A stretch of 64,000 bases of DNA from Victivallales bacterium (GCA_045592785.1 JAZNVL010000048.1:2317-66316), one strand, 5' to 3'. Positions 27,030-36,001 are shown, counted from the first letter of the stretch. Notes: generated by a model from the sequence alone, not told the origin. Numbers and translations: made by a program.

Positions 27030-29918
27030 TCAAGCCAGCGCAGTGAATCCGGTATTCTGACTTCTGCTGTTCTGCAGGAGATCGTCAGTTGCACACCCGG
27101 CGAACCCGGTTTCCTGCCATGCGTTCAAATCCGGAGTATCAGCGAAAGAAGACACCAGATCCGTTTTTACGGTGAACTTGCCTTTTTTGACTTTGCTGTA
27201 ATTATACTCTGCATCATACGCGATCATTTCGTAGGCATATTTTCCCTTATCCAGATCCGTGAGCATCCGGCTGCCGGTATCCGCGGAGAGCCACTCTTCC
27301 TCCCAGGATATCTGGAATTTATCCGCGGCATCACCGTAGCGCAGGATGTACCCTGTGACACCGACGTTATCGGCGGGTGTATCCCAATAGAGTTCAACAT
27401 CGTTGTTGTATACTTTTGCTTTTGCGGCGACTTTTTTGGGCGGCGTTTTATCGTATACCGTGAAGAAATATGTTTCGCTCCATTCGCCTTCATTGTCTGC
27501 TTTGTCGACGGCACGGATCCGGATCGTATGGGTGCCGACACTCAATTTAGAGAGCTTGACAGATTGACGGGAGGATTTGATATATTTTGCCCCGTTATCC
27601 AACGAGATCTGATATTTGACCGGTTTTCCTGAATTATCGTATACTTTGTCCCAGAAGAACGTCGCATTGTACTTGTCGGTCAATTCATCCAGACCGATGC
27701 CCGTGACTTGTTCCGGAGCGATCATGTCCTCCATCTTGAATTTCATTTTTTTCGCTATGCTTTCCAGTCCGGCTTCATCGATGGCGATCACGGAAATGGC
27801 AGGTGTGTTTGTCCCGTTCACTTCGAACGTATATGACAGCTGATCGCCGTCGACTTTGACCGTTTCGTAACCGCAGGTCACTTCATATTCCTTGATGCGC
27901 CCACTGTCTGCTGCGGGATCCCAGGAGACGGTGACGGTTGTTTCGTCATCCTGTTTTGCGTAGATCTTTTTCATCTTCGGCGGGGTTGTATCCACCACAT
28001 AAATATTGCGGCTTATTGAGATATTGTTGTCCTCATTGGTTTCATAGATGCTCCTGCTGCCATCGGCAACGACATACAATTCGTTTGTGCCGCTGCTCAA
28101 CAGTTTTGAAGAAAGCGTGTACCTTTTGAAAGCAGATTCGCCTGCACGAAGGGGATCGATATAGATCCGGTCGATGATTTTGTCGTTGCTGTAAATGTAT
28201 ACATACGAGCCGGCGGCGGTTACGGAACCTCTGTTTTTTACAGAGATGTCCAATGTTGTTTTGCCGTTCTCCAACAAACCGTTATCCCATGCAAAGAAAT
28301 CGTCAATAAACAAATCGGCGGCGACGATGTCGGATTTCTTCACATCCACGCGGAGCGTTTCCGAACGGTTATTGGTTTCATCCCGCTCTGCAACTTTATT
28401 TGTCGCATCTGCTTCCAAATGGAAATCATACGTCCCGACATCCAGATCCCCGGCTTGGAATGTGTAGGTTTTTGTAACGGAATCGTACCCGCTCAGCGAT
28501 TCGATGCTGACTTCATCCCAATAGGTGTTCCCGTTGTAAATGTAAACGTAAGAGGAAGATGCCGATTCTTTGCCGTTATTCTCGATCGTGAAGGTCAATT
28601 CCAGCGTATCTTCTGTCGTGATCGAAGACGAGGAGAAGGCGCAGGACGTGAAGACCAGGTCCGGACTTCTGGTCGTTACTACCGGCGAATTGGAATAGGT
28701 CACCGTTTCGGATTTGTTGTTGTTCTCGTTGGATTCTGTTACACTGTTCCCGCCATCAGCCACCACATAAAATGAGTGTGATCCGGAAAAGCTCGCGGGC
28801 GTATAATCGTAGGTGGCGGATTCGCCTGCCGCAAGACTTTTTACTGAGACTGAGGCAAGAAGTGAGCCGTTGTCATAGATGTACGCATAAGAGGAGGATG
28901 CGGTCGCATTACCGTTGTTTTTTACCGTAAAACTCAACCGTTCCGGATAATCGGGCATCCCTGCTTTATCCGGATAATCGCTTGCCGGTGACTTGATGGA
29001 AAGTGATGTGATCACAAGATCCGGATATCTTGTCACGGGTTGATCCGGGGTGGGATCATCGGGATCGGGGGAGGGCGTGGAACCCGATGATTTTGACATG
29101 AAAACGGTATAAGAGTATTCCTTGTAGTTGCTGGGCCAGTAAGACCCGGTACGTTCCACTTTCATGTAATAGTTTTCTCCGGCATACAGATAAACCCGGT
29201 TGGAACCTTTTGAAAGGATCAGCGGATTTCCGTTCAGATATTCCTTTCCCTCGAATACAAAGTTGAGCCCGGCATTGGAAGTCCCGCTCAATCTGCATGT
29301 CATGTGATTGTCTGATGCAGAAAAATTGAGAGTATAATATCCGCTGACGGGAACGCTGAAACTATGATTATCTTCTTTGTCGTAGAACGTTATACTTGCT
29401 GTTTCATAGAAAGAACTGACTTTGCCGTGGGAGTATGAATAGGCGTAATCATAAATATCACCGGTCGCGTGATCATGTTTTTCCCCCGCAAGAATGTGGC
29501 CCAGTTCGTGATCAATGACATCGATCACAAAATCAAGATCGGTTCTCCAGTCCGCAAGCACAAATGCGTTGTCATTTCTGATCAAGTTGCCTTTGTCGTT
29601 CGTTTCTGCGAGCCCGGTATGGATCCCGTAAGATTCGAAGTCATCGGTTTTTCCCACGAAGACCGTGCTGTATTCTGCGGTATCCGTCGGCTTTTCCGTG
29701 GTGAAGACGACACCGGAATCTCCGTATTTTCCGGTAAGTTCCGAGAGGATATATGCCTTCTGTTCCTCCGTCATCCCGGAGTCATTCATATCTACATCCA
29801 GAAGCAGATCCAGCTCTGGATTGCGATATGTCGTCGTTTCTCCGTCAAAGTCCAGATAGACGTATTGCACATCATAACCTTCCGTCGTTTGTCCTGCAAA
29901 CAAATCATATTCATTCAT
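27030..29918 (-). CDS. Large multidomain metallopeptidase-like protein: HExxH domain, PPC-like domain, 3 CARDB-like repeats and about 3 FN3-like repeats
   Basis: The N-terminal domain has YLDFDGE and HELGHILAGEKH. A pre-peptidase C-terminal-like segment follows (YYTLNFSA...VYLYAGENYYMKVER). After a P/D linker come three repeats starting PDLV(I/F)TS...NNG...SSSY(A/V)YIY...NNN (CARDB-like), then FN3-like repeats (VSWDPAAD, FFWDKVYD, LYWDTPAD). There is no N-terminal signal peptide. GC is about 42% in hand-counted lines. Confidence 0.7.
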   Translation of the reverse strand: MNEYDLFAGQTTEGYDVQYVYLDFDGETTTYRNPELDLLLDVDMNDSGMTEEQKAYILSELTGKYGDSGVVFTTEKPTDTAEYSTVFVGKTDDFESYGIHTGLAETNDKGNLIRNDNAFVLADWRTDLDFVIDVIDHELGHILAGEKHDHATGDIYDYAYSYSHGKVSSFYETASITFYDKEDNHSFSVPVSGYYTLNFSASDNHMTCRLSGTSNAGLNFVFEGKEYLNGNPLILSKGSNRVYLYAGENYYMKVERTGSYWPSNYKEYSYTVFMSKSSGSTPSPDPDDPTPDQPVTRYPDLVITSLSIKSPASDYPDKAGMPDYPERLSFTVKNNGNATASSSYAYIYDNGSLLASVSVKSLAAGESATYDYTPASFSGSHSFYVVADGGNSVTESNENNNKSETVTYSNSPVVTTRSPDLVFTSCAFSSSSITTEDTLELTFTIENNGKESASSSYVYIYNGNTYWDEVSIESLSGYDSVTKTYTFQAGDLDVGTYDFHLEADATNKVAERDETNNRSETLRVDVKKSDIVAADLFIDDFFAWDNGLLENGKTTLDISVKNRGSVTAAGSYVYIYSNDKIIDRIYIDPLRAGESAFKRYTLSSKLLSSGTNELYVVADGSRSIYETNEDNNISISRNIYVVDTTPPKMKKIYAKQDDETTVTVSWDPAADSGRIKEYEVTCGYETVKVDGDQLSYTFEVNGTNTPAISVIAIDEAGLESIAKKMKFKMEDMIAPEQVTGIGLDELTDKYNATFFWDKVYDNSGKPVKYQISLDNGAKYIKSSRQSVKLSKLSVGTHTIRIRAVDKADNEGEWSETYFFTVYDKTPPKKVAAKAKVYNNDVELYWDTPADNVGVTGYILRYGDAADKFQISWEEEWLSADTGSRMLTDLDKGKYAYEMIAYDAEYNYSKVKKGKFTVKTDLVSSFADTPDLNAWQETGFAGCATDDLLQNSRSQNTGFTALA

Positions 29919-29953
29919 AATAACGGGACTCCTTTTGATCCGGGTTGAAGATA

Positions 29954-30008
29954 CTGTAACGATAGTGCATTATGGGTGGAACAGGTCTAATATATCATAT
30001 CGTTACAG
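29954..30008. promoter_or_regulatory. Perfect 11-bp inverted repeat CTGTAACGATA-N33-TATCGTTACAG bracketing the metalloprotease promoter
   Basis: The arms lie at 29954-64 and 29998-30008. One arm sits in the -35/-10 spacer; the other lies at about +18 to +28. Confidence 0.45.
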
Positions 30009-30016
30009 TTTGTCAA
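29989..30016 (-). promoter_or_regulatory. Predicted promoter of the metalloprotease gene
   Basis: On the minus strand: TTGACA-N16-TATATT. AAAGGAG lies 8 nt before ATG 29918. Confidence 0.5.
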
Positions 30017-30043
30017 GAGAAAGTTGACATTTTTTACAACTGT

Positions 30044-30820
30044 TTACTCCGTGTTGATGTGATTGGCGATCCTCTGCTTCCGGTATTCCGCCGGGCGCAT
30101 GGCGTATTCCCGCAGAAAACGTTTCCGGAAATAAGTCATGTCGGAGAATCCGCTGGCGTACGCCGCTTCCTTGATGGAGACATATCCGCTCTGCAGTAAT
30201 TTCGCCGCATGATGCAGCCGGACACGGTTCAGATGATCGGTGATTGCACACTGAAAACGCTGTTTGAAGATCCTGCCCAGATAATCGGCGTTGCAGTGAA
30301 GTTCCTCTGCGATCACGGCTGTGGATATGGGATCGGCAAACCGGAGTTTGATGAATTGTTTCGCGGATTCCGCCAGACGGTGTGCCGCGTTCTGTTCCGC
30401 CCCGGCGGACCGCTTTGTTTCGTGAAGGAGCAGGGCGAGCAGCAGATCGCAGCTCGTCTGATTTTCCGGAATATTCTGTTCAGTCAGAAGCTGTGCAAAA
30501 TAATTGCCCATGACATCGGCGCGTGCGGCGTGTCCGCTTTGCGGGAATACGGCAAGCTTTTCCGGGTCTCCGGTGAAGTGTCCCCAGAAAAAAGTGAGGT
30601 TGGCAGGGTAGGGAATCGTCCCCCCGTGTTTCCGTCCCGGGTAAAGGAACAGAAAATCGCCGCTGTGGAGTGTGAACTGCTGTTCTTCTTCGAACATGCC
30701 CAGCGTGCCGGAGATCACAAAAATGAGTTCCATATTGCTGATTTTCCGGGTGACATGACGTCCTTTCCCCCGGGAAATGAACTTGCCACCGCTCTGGAAA
30801 TGAAAATCGGGCTGTATCAT
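30044..30820 (-). CDS. AraC-family transcriptional regulator (cupin + HTH)
   Basis: N-terminal cupin-like sensor. The C-terminal AraC HTH signature is AAYASGFSDMTYFRKRFLREYAMRPAEYR. Confidence 0.9.
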   Translation of the reverse strand: MIQPDFHFQSGGKFISRGKGRHVTRKISNMELIFVISGTLGMFEEEQQFTLHSGDFLFLYPGRKHGGTIPYPANLTFFWGHFTGDPEKLAVFPQSGHAARADVMGNYFAQLLTEQNIPENQTSCDLLLALLLHETKRSAGAEQNAAHRLAESAKQFIKLRFADPISTAVIAEELHCNADYLGRIFKQRFQCAITDHLNRVRLHHAAKLLQSGYVSIKEAAYASGFSDMTYFRKRFLREYAMRPAEYRKQRIANHINTE

Positions 30821-30876
30821 AATATCTGCTCCTTGAAAAAGTCGGAATAGTCTTGTTTTTCTTGTAATTTATCATC

Positions 30877-30905
30877 TTGCAGAGAAAATGCAAGCATGGT
30901 ATAGT
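30877..30905 (+). promoter_or_regulatory. Predicted promoter of the GH127 gene
   Basis: TTGCAG-N17-TATAGT. A CTTGCA-N7-TGCAAG inverted repeat overlaps the -35 box. Direct repeats ATCATTCGTGATG and ATCATGCGTGGTATG occur in the leader. Confidence 0.4.
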
Positions 30906-30986
30906 AAAAAAGATAACAAACAATATCATTCGTGATGCAAACGGAAAAAACATCATGCGTGGTATGATAACAAAAGGATCTTTTTT

Positions 30987-32867
30987 ATGAGTATCTACAC
31001 AAGACCCGGCGTGACCGATGTCCGCCCCGCTGACCCCGTATTTGCCCGTCGTATTCAAGCCTGTATCGATGGGACCATCCCCGAAACCATCGCGAAAACC
31101 GAAGAAACCGGCAGGATCGATGCGTTCCGCCTGAACTGGCGGCCCGGTATGGCGAAAATGCCCCATATCTTCTGGGATTCCGATACCGCAAAGGTGTTGG
31201 AAGGTATGGCGTATTGTCTGGCGATCAGCCCGGATCCCGAACTGGAAAAGAAGTATGACGAATGGGTGGATCTCATTGTTTCCGCACAGCAGCCGGATGG
31301 TTATCTCAATACGTTTTTCACTGTGGTGGAACCGGAAAAACGCTGGAGCAACCTGCAGGACTGTCATGAACTGTATTGCGCCGGACACCTCATCGAAGCC
31401 GCAGTAGCCGGATATCAGTGTCTGGGTAAACGCAAACTGCTGGATTGTCTCTGCCGGTACGCCGATTATATCGACTCCGTGTTCGGGATCGGCCCCGGAA
31501 AACGCAGAGCGTGGCCCGGACATCAGGAGATCGAACTGGCGTTGATCAAACTTTACCGTGTGACCGGGAACGAACGGTACCGGGATCTTGCCGCCTACTT
31601 CATCAATGACCGCGGCACGGAACCTCATGTTTACTGTATGGAAATGGTGAAACTCAAAGGAGAAGACATCAGTCATTTCTCTCCGCAGTCCTATGTTTCC
31701 CATCAGGCACATATCCCCGCCCGGGAACAGAAAGAAGCGGTGGGACACTCCGTTCGTGCGGTATACTTTTACGCCGGGATGGCGGATGTCGCCGACCTCA
31801 CCGATGATACTGAACTTCTGGAAGTATGCGACCGTCTTTTCGACTCCATCGCCACAAAACGGATGTATATCACCGGCGGGATCGGTTCCACGTTCCTGGG
31901 GGAAAAGTTCACCAAAGATTACGACTTGCAGAACGGGTCGCTGATGTATGCGGAAAGCTGCGCCGCCATGGGCCTTGTTCAGTTTGCACTCCGTATGTTC
32001 CATATCACGGGCAAACAGAAATATCTGGATGTGGCGGAACGCGCGTTGTATAACGGTGTGCTTTCCGGTATCAATCTTGCCGGTGACCGGTTCTTCTACA
32101 CCAATTATCTGGAAATGGATGAGAACCTGGCGTTTTACGGGGCAGGCGCAGCCGAACGTCAGCCCTGGTTCGGATGTCCCTGCTGTCCCACCAGTTTCTC
32201 CCGGTTCATGCCCCAGTTGGGATCCTTCCTCTGGTCCGTCGGGGAGAACGCCATCGTGATGAATATCGCCGCCGCCTGTCACGCCGATCTCACCATGGGC
32301 AACGGGAAGAAAGTCGCCGTGACGGTCTCCGGCGCGTATCCTTATGACGGAGCGGTCCGGATCACTTTGGAAACCGCAGGGGACTATGAACTCATTCTGC
32401 AGATCCCCGCCTGGTGCAAAAAGTATTCTGTGAAAGTCAATGGCGCAGAATGCGGCACCGCGATCAAACGCAACTGGTCCGCCGGTGATGTGGTGGAACT
32501 CACGTTGGATATGCCCGTCATGATCATCCGTGCCAATCCGAAACTCACCAATAACCTGGGACGCGTGGCATTGCAGCGCGGTCCGGTACTCTATACGCTG
32601 GAACAGGTGGACCAGACATATCCTGTCCGCGAAACGATCCTGGATCTTTCCAGAGGATTCCGTCTGACCACGGTGGAAGGTCTGCCGGAAGGTACGGTCG
32701 CCATTGCCGGGGAAGCGGTCCGCGAGATCTGCAGTGATGATTCCCTGTATACGGAATCGGTGCCCACATACGAAAAGGCATCGTTCGTTGCGATCCCGTA
32801 CGCACTCTGGCAGAACCGCGGGATTGCCAATATGTCCACATGGAACCGTTTCGTGCAGGAGTTCTGA
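30987..32867 (+). CDS. GH127 (DUF1680) beta-L-arabinofuranosidase-family protein, no signal peptide
   Basis: Typical N-terminus (FARRIQACIDGTIPETI...FRLNW...FWDSDTAKVLEGMAY) and a Cys-rich catalytic-region motif WFGCPCCPTSFSRF, as in HypBA1-type enzymes. Confidence 0.85.
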   Translation: MSIYTRPGVTDVRPADPVFARRIQACIDGTIPETIAKTEETGRIDAFRLNWRPGMAKMPHIFWDSDTAKVLEGMAYCLAISPDPELEKKYDEWVDLIVSAQQPDGYLNTFFTVVEPEKRWSNLQDCHELYCAGHLIEAAVAGYQCLGKRKLLDCLCRYADYIDSVFGIGPGKRRAWPGHQEIELALIKLYRVTGNERYRDLAAYFINDRGTEPHVYCMEMVKLKGEDISHFSPQSYVSHQAHIPAREQKEAVGHSVRAVYFYAGMADVADLTDDTELLEVCDRLFDSIATKRMYITGGIGSTFLGEKFTKDYDLQNGSLMYAESCAAMGLVQFALRMFHITGKQKYLDVAERALYNGVLSGINLAGDRFFYTNYLEMDENLAFYGAGAAERQPWFGCPCCPTSFSRFMPQLGSFLWSVGENAIVMNIAAACHADLTMGNGKKVAVTVSGAYPYDGAVRITLETAGDYELILQIPAWCKKYSVKVNGAECGTAIKRNWSAGDVVELTLDMPVMIIRANPKLTNNLGRVALQRGPVLYTLEQVDQTYPVRETILDLSRGFRLTTVEGLPEGTVAIAGEAVREICSDDSLYTESVPTYEKASFVAIPYALWQNRGIANMSTWNRFVQEF

Positions 32868-32896
32868 TCACACCGGCAGTGTATATACAAACAAAA

Positions 32897-32950
32897 CGTC
32901 TTCGTCTCACAGGAGAATAAATCTCTTCATGAGGCGAAGACGCTTTTTTT
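32897..32950. terminator. Bidirectional hairpin terminator between GH127 and the epimerase gene
   Basis: 12-bp stem, 32897-908 with 32931-42 (CGTCTTCGTCTC/GAGGCGAAGACG, one U.G pair), followed by T7 on the plus strand and a TTTTGTTTG tract on the minus strand. Confidence 0.6.
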
Positions 32951-32965
32951 CGGGATATCGGATCG

Positions 32966-33901
32966 TTATCCGTTCTGTTCGCTGAGCAAAGCATCGCGAT
33001 ATGCTTTGACTGCGATTTCCAATCCCTGATCGAAATTGAATTCGGGTTTGAATCCGGTGGATTTGAGTTTATCCACACAGGCGGAAGAGTGTTTCACGTC
33101 GCCCGCGCGTTCCGGCAGGTGAACGATCTTGGATTTGGAACCCAGGATCTTCACGATCTTTTCCGCCAGATCGTTGATGGTGAGACGTCCGCCGTAAGCC
33201 ACGTTATACACCCCGGTGAATTCGCTTTCCGCCATAAATGCGTTGGCAGCCGCGATGTCTTTCACAAAGATGAAGTCGCGGGTCTGTTCGCCGTCACCGA
33301 AGATGGTGATATCTTCATTCTGAAGAGCTTTCGTGATGAAGATGGGCACGGCGGCGGCGTATGCGCTTTTCGGGTTCTGACGGGGACCGAACACGTTGAA
33401 GTAACGCAGACATGCCGTGGAAAGACGTCCTTCCTTCGCAAACATGTTGCAATAGTATTCGTCATCCAGTTTCGTGATGGCGTAAGGACTCTTGGGTTCG
33501 GGGAACATGGTTTCCACTTTGGGGCAGACCGGGTTGTCGCCGTAGATGGCGGCGCTGGTGCTGAGGACCAGTTTTTTGACCCCGGCTTTTGCTGCTTCTT
33601 CCAGCACGACGATGGTCCCGAGAGAGTTGATGCGGTTGCATTCCACGATTTCGGTCATGGATTCGGGGACGCTGATCATGGCGGCGAGGTGGAAGATGTA
33701 ATCCACGCCCTGGACCGCTTTCGCCACAACGGCGCGGTCGGTGATGTCGCCTTCGATCAATTCGTATTCCATTCCCGCGAGATTTTTGATGTTGCCGGAC
33801 CGGAAGTTATCCAGAATACGGATATGGGCTTTGCCCTGATACCGTTCCACGATGTGACTGCCGATAAAACCGGCACCGCCAGTTACAAGAATCGTTTTCA
33901 T
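32966..33901 (-). CDS. NAD-dependent SDR epimerase (UDP-hexose / UDP-HexNAc 4-epimerase-like)
   Basis: TGGAGFIGSH Rossmann motif, a YxxxK-type site (SPYAITKLDDEYY), and 311 aa. It has an ATGA overlap with the upstream nahK-like gene. Confidence 0.8.
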   Translation of the reverse strand: MKTILVTGGAGFIGSHIVERYQGKAHIRILDNFRSGNIKNLAGMEYELIEGDITDRAVVAKAVQGVDYIFHLAAMISVPESMTEIVECNRINSLGTIVVLEEAAKAGVKKLVLSTSAAIYGDNPVCPKVETMFPEPKSPYAITKLDDEYYCNMFAKEGRLSTACLRYFNVFGPRQNPKSAYAAAVPIFITKALQNEDITIFGDGEQTRDFIFVKDIAAANAFMAESEFTGVYNVAYGGRLTINDLAEKIVKILGSKSKIVHLPERAGDVKHSSACVDKLKSTGFKPEFNFDQGLEIAVKAYRDALLSEQNG

Positions 33902-35004
33902 TTTGCTGTGAGACTCCGCATGATTTCGTTCATTTTATCTTCCTGTTCCATCAGGCTTTCCACCAGTTTGAACTGGGTACGGCAACGGTCCAGATTGTGT
34001 CCGGGACGGGATGTCTTGAAGTAATGGTCGCCATCCAGATAGTCCGTGAGGAACCGGAGCCCGATTTCGAAAGTGATGAGTTCGCCGGAGAAGGGCATGA
34101 GCTCAATTTCTTTATCGGTGAGACAACCGCCTGCGCCTTCCAGGAATCCCTTTGCCAATGCTTCAAACATTTCCATGCGGGCATAGACTTTTGTGAGATC
34201 CTTTTCGTCTTCGGCGGCAGGACTTGTGCTTGTACGCATCAGGTCGCCGAAGTCATAAAGGGAAACGCCGGGCATTACGGTATCCAGGTCGATCACGCAG
34301 ATCCCTTCACCGGATTCATCATCCAGCATCACGTTGTTGATCTTGGTATCGTTGTGCGTGACACGTTCCGGCAGACCGCCGTTTGCAAGCAGATCCACGA
34401 AGACCGGCGCCATCGCCTTGTGATTTTTCGCAAATTCGATTTCTTTCTGTGCCGCTTCGATACGATCGGAGGGCGCAAGGGCGAGAACGCGTTCGAAATC
34501 GGCGTAGCGTGACGGCGTATTGTGGAAGTTGGGGATCACTTCATGGAGCCGTTCGCCGGGCAGGTCAGCCAGAAGCTGCTGGAATGCGCCGAAGGCTTTT
34601 GCCGCCTGATACGCAAAATCCGGAGATTCCAGAATGTCATACGTCCGGGCGCGTTCGATGAACAGATATACACGCCAGACGCATTTGTTTTCATCGGTGT
34701 AGCTGTATTTGCCATCGGTGGTATTCACCAGTGTCAGGGCGCGACGGGTGGCATCTTTCTTCCCCGTCAAACGCTTCTTGGAGTGTTCCAGAACACGGGA
34801 AATGTTTTCCATGAGTTCATCCGGCTTCTTGAAGATGTCCGTGTTGATGCGCTGCATGATGTAACGGACCTGGTATCCCGCCTGATTGTAGACCACCAGG
34901 AACGTATCATTGATATGGCCGGAACCATACCGTTCATACCAGAGGAAATCCCCCAGTATTTCGAAGTGAGATGCGATCTCTTTGACGTTGTGCTGAATTT
35001 TCAT
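33898..35004 (-). CDS. nahK: N-acetylhexosamine 1-kinase (NahK/LnpB family, APH-fold)
   Basis: It matches Bifidobacterium longum NahK as I recall it: IASHF...YGxGHINxT(F/Y)LV, RVTHNDTK(I/L)NN, IDLDT(V/I)MPG, EDEKDL(T/S)KV, LPFSG(E/N)L(I/L)T, RFL(T/A)DYL(D/E)GDxYF, HNL(D/V)RxRTQ(F/I)KLV. Confidence 0.85.
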   Translation of the reverse strand: MKIQHNVKEIASHFEILGDFLWYERYGSGHINDTFLVVYNQAGYQVRYIMQRINTDIFKKPDELMENISRVLEHSKKRLTGKKDATRRALTLVNTTDGKYSYTDENKCVWRVYLFIERARTYDILESPDFAYQAAKAFGAFQQLLADLPGERLHEVIPNFHNTPSRYADFERVLALAPSDRIEAAQKEIEFAKNHKAMAPVFVDLLANGGLPERVTHNDTKINNVMLDDESGEGICVIDLDTVMPGVSLYDFGDLMRTSTSPAAEDEKDLTKVYARMEMFEALAKGFLEGAGGCLTDKEIELMPFSGELITFEIGLRFLTDYLDGDHYFKTSRPGHNLDRCRTQFKLVESLMEQEDKMNEIMRSLTAK

Positions 35005-35033
35005 AATTGATCTTTTTTTTGTTGAAAATGAGA

Positions 35034-35062
35034 ACAGCGGAACAGGGGATCTGTTCCGCTGT
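35034..35062 (-). other. Perfect 12-bp hairpin between the nucleotidyltransferase and nahK genes (intra-operon RNA structure)
   Basis: ACAGCGGAACAG-gggat-CTGTTCCGCTGT. On the minus-strand RNA it is followed by UCUCAUUUUC, an incomplete U-tract. Confidence 0.5.
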
Positions 35063-35078
35063 GTAGTACATCCCCGGA

Positions 35079-35978
35079 TCAGAAGATCCGTTCCGGATAA
35101 TCTCCGGCAGCGATCAGTGCTTTGATGTTGGCTTGCACGGAAGGCTTGTCTTCCCGGTACGTCACACCGAACCAGGAGTCTTCGCTTTCCAGAACGCGCA
35201 CGGAGGCTTTCTTTTCTGCAATGAGTTCTTCCACCACAAACGGGATGAAGAATTCACTTTTGAGTTCCTTGCCATGCTGTTCCAGGAAGGTGACGAACCG
35301 TGTTTTGAGTTCCGCGAACAGTGTGGGCTTGAAACCCCAGAAGTTCATGGAGGCGATCTCATCACCCGTGAAGTCGATCACAGTTCCTTCGCCGTCATCA
35401 AAACGCGCTGTTCCGTTCCCGGTGGAAGCGATTTTCGTGCGTTCCACCACTTCTGTAAGGATCCCGTTTTCTGTATTGCAGATCCCGCGGGCAACGGTCC
35501 CGAATTCGGAAAGCGTTTTCTTCAACGGATAACCGACCATGTAGTGCATGGCAGGATCGGTGTCTTCCGACAGTGCCTTGCCGATAAGTGCATACGCACT
35601 CTTGCCGTAAAAGTCGTCCGCGTTGATGGCGGAGAACGGTTCATTGATGAGGTCGGCGGCAGACAGGATGGCGTGTCCGGTACCCCAGGGTTTCACACGG
35701 CCTTCGGGCACGGTGAAGGGGGCGGGGAGTGCATCCAGCTGCTGGAACGCGTATTCCACCTGGATCTTATCTTCCCAGCGTTTGCTCACGAGGGAACGGA
35801 ATTCTTCTTCGATGTCGTGACGGATCACGAAAACGACTTTGCCGAATCCGGCGCGGATCGCATCGAAAATGGAATAGTCAAGAATGATTTCGCCGTTGGG
35901 ACCGACCGGGTCGATCTGTTTGAGTCCGCCGTAACGGCTGCCCATTCCGGCAGCGAGCACCAGCAATGTTGGTTTCAT
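35079..35978 (-). CDS. Sugar-1-phosphate nucleotidyltransferase (NTP-transferase fold)
   Basis: N-terminal LVLAAGMGSRYGGLKQ (GxGxR motif), and GTGHAIL and NADDFYG motifs. The protein is 299 aa. Confidence 0.75.
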   Translation of the reverse strand: MKPTLLVLAAGMGSRYGGLKQIDPVGPNGEIILDYSIFDAIRAGFGKVVFVIRHDIEEEFRSLVSKRWEDKIQVEYAFQQLDALPAPFTVPEGRVKPWGTGHAILSAADLINEPFSAINADDFYGKSAYALIGKALSEDTDPAMHYMVGYPLKKTLSEFGTVARGICNTENGILTEVVERTKIASTGNGTARFDDGEGTVIDFTGDEIASMNFWGFKPTLFAELKTRFVTFLEQHGKELKSEFFIPFVVEELIAEKKASVRVLESEDSWFGVTYREDKPSVQANIKALIAAGDYPERIF

Positions 35979-36001
35979 ATCGCAAATATCCTTTCGTATG
36001 A

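Noticed and set aside
30480-32282. A 600-aa minus-strand ORF antisense to the GH127 and AraC region. Other long antisense ORFs are 5883-7703, 42029-43570, 54773-56227, 58336-59841, 61685-63040 and 7806-8963.
   Set aside because: Each lies opposite a confidently recognised enzyme gene (ileS, purB, metK, DAACS, heparinase-like, GH127) and shows antisense-type amino-acid bias with no motifs. Their abundance probably reflects sense-strand codon usage that avoids TTA/CTA/TCA. I do not take it as evidence of overlapping genes.
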